A program made the position numbers and the translations under genes. Shown one piece after another: positions 26,166 through 27,308 of a stretch of 27,308 nt of DNA; position 1 is the first letter of the stretch, and each line of letters opens with the position of its first letter. The DNA comes from a virus (taxonomy: Duplodnaviria; Caudoviricetes), in IMG/VR virus record IMGVR_UViG_3300031578_009556, positions 1 through 27,308 of that record. One strand, given 5' to 3'. The notes below the pieces were generated by a model, which was not told the origin of the DNA, ran no database searches, and saw only the letters and a program-made list of their open reading frames with translations.

Positions 26166-26831
26166 ATGGGACACGGGCTAACAGTGCGAGGGGACAGAAA
26201 GGGAGAAAAGAAAAATTTCTCCCTTCTCCCCTTCTTTCCATATCTTGAGTCTAATCTTCCTGGTGAAATTTGGAAACCAATTTCCAGCTTCCAAGGATAT
26301 TCTGTTTCAAACAAGGGGAGAATTAAAGGCAAAAGTGGATTGTTGAAATGTCGAGCTAAGGATGGTTATTTCTATTTCAACTTGTATTCGAATAGCAAGG
26401 CAGTAACTAAACAAGTTCATAGAATTGTTGCTACAGAATTTCTTGGTGGGAAAAGAAATAGTTATAAATATGTTCCAAACCACAAGGATGGCAATGGGCT
26501 AAACAATGACGTTGAGAATTTAGAGTGGCTCACATACTCTGACAATACAAAACATGCTATTGAAATGGGATTGATAAAGTTTAAATCAGGCAAAGAGCAC
26601 CATGCATTTGGAAAACATCAATCTGAATCTTCCAAGCAGTTAAAAAGATTGGCGATGAGAGGAGAAAAAAATCATAGAAGCAAATTGAAAGAAAATGAAA
26701 TTTGGTTGATGAAGAAAATCCTACAAGCTAAATTGGCAAACCTCGCTTATGCTGTAATAAGCAAAATGTTCAACATTAGTAGAGGATATGTCAAAGATGT
26801 CAATACTGAGAAAACTTGGAGATGGGTATGA
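26166..26831 (+). CDS. NUMOD4-HNH homing endonuclease (start re-called at ATG 26166)
   Basis: EIWKPI...YSVSNKGRIK (NUMOD4); VHRIVA...NHKDGNGLNNDVENLEW...N (HNH); NUMOD3-like FGKHQSESSKQ segment. Confidence 0.92.
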   Translation: MGHGLTVRGDRKGEKKNFSLLPFFPYLESNLPGEIWKPISSFQGYSVSNKGRIKGKSGLLKCRAKDGYFYFNLYSNSKAVTKQVHRIVATEFLGGKRNSYKYVPNHKDGNGLNNDVENLEWLTYSDNTKHAIEMGLIKFKSGKEHHAFGKHQSESSKQLKRLAMRGEKNHRSKLKENEIWLMKKILQAKLANLAYAVISKMFNISRGYVKDVNTEKTWRWV

Positions 26832-27308
26832 GACACGGATTGTCCATTCGTGGTGATTCTTTATACTGTCCTCTCGCCTTATCATTAGATACATATTCAA
26901 ATTGTCTTTGCGATTGTTGGCATTGTTATTTGCGAAGACTAAACTATGTTTGGGGAGATGCTTTGAACCCGGTTAATCCAGAAGATCTAAAACGCAAATT
27001 GCAAAACGGCTTGAATAACCCAAAGCCAAAATCCAGTCTCGCATGGGCATTGAAAAGAAAAGTCACCATTCGATTTGGCAATAAATCAGACCCTTTTCAA
27101 CCTATTGAAGAAACATATAGATCTTCTGAAGCGGCATTGCGAGTGTTATCCGATTTAAAATGGTCCTACGTGCTCCAAACTAGAAATACACACATCCTCA
27201 TACAATACGAAGAGATCGTTGTAAACAACGTGGGAAATTTTGTTTTCCTGCCGATCATAAGCCCAGGGGCAGAGATGGATTGGGAAGTTTTAGAGAGGAA
27301 AAGGACTA
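26828..27308 (+). CDS. Radical SAM protein, spore-photoproduct-lyase-like, partial (runs off the right edge; not in track)
   Basis: ATGA overlap; MRHGLSIRGDSLYCPLALSLDTYSNCLCDCWHCY has CxxxCxxC; IRFGNKSDPFQPIE; open to the window end. Confidence 0.85.
   Translation, partial: MRHGLSIRGDSLYCPLALSLDTYSNCLCDCWHCYLRRLNYVWGDALNPVNPEDLKRKLQNGLNNPKPKSSLAWALKRKVTIRFGNKSDPFQPIEETYRSSEAALRVLSDLKWSYVLQTRNTHILIQYEEIVVNNVGNFVFLPIISPGAEMDWEVLERKRT

Noticed and set aside
26196-26857. Group I intron or translational bypass around the HNH gene
   Set aside because: The HNH frame fills the whole interval, no catalytic core is visible, there is no stop after the first segment, and the downstream gene has its own complete start.
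1-27308. CRISPR array, tRNA/rRNA genes, integrase, reverse transcriptase/DGR
   Set aside because: No regularly spaced repeats, cloverleaf or relevant protein motifs were seen by eye; the paralog pair differs at all base types, not only adenines.

Overview
This is a 27.3-kb segment of a tailed dsDNA phage or prophage genome, organised as two divergent arms around an AT-rich control region at about 6255-6512. The left arm (minus strand) carries terminase small subunit, a hypothetical gene, a PBSX-type terminase large subunit, a 3TM-type holin, a phage sigma-70-family factor, a small beta-rich protein and a head-spike-fibre-like ORF of at least 591 aa. That last ORF runs off the left edge and is missing from the ORF track. 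The right arm (plus strand) carries small early genes, a J-domain/zinc-finger protein, a second sigma-like protein, a SAM-fold enzyme, SF2 helicase, primase, a wHTH replication initiator with an internal origin-like repeat block, a ParB-domain cassette, an HD nucleotidase, a SNF2-like helicase, two DNA methyltransferases, a DnaB-like helicase, an HNH endonuclease and a truncated SPL-like radical SAM gene (also missing from the track). Three signals stand out. (1) Several accessory genes are bracketed by short, diverged duplicates of the first or last codons of a neighbouring gene; one is an HNH gene that has captured the start of the radical SAM gene. (2) A three-way-junction RNA in the leader of the initiator gene has two loops complementary to the initiator's ribosome-binding region and start codon. 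(3) IHF-like sites cluster around the terminase genes. All family calls come from motif recognition by eye; no database search was run.
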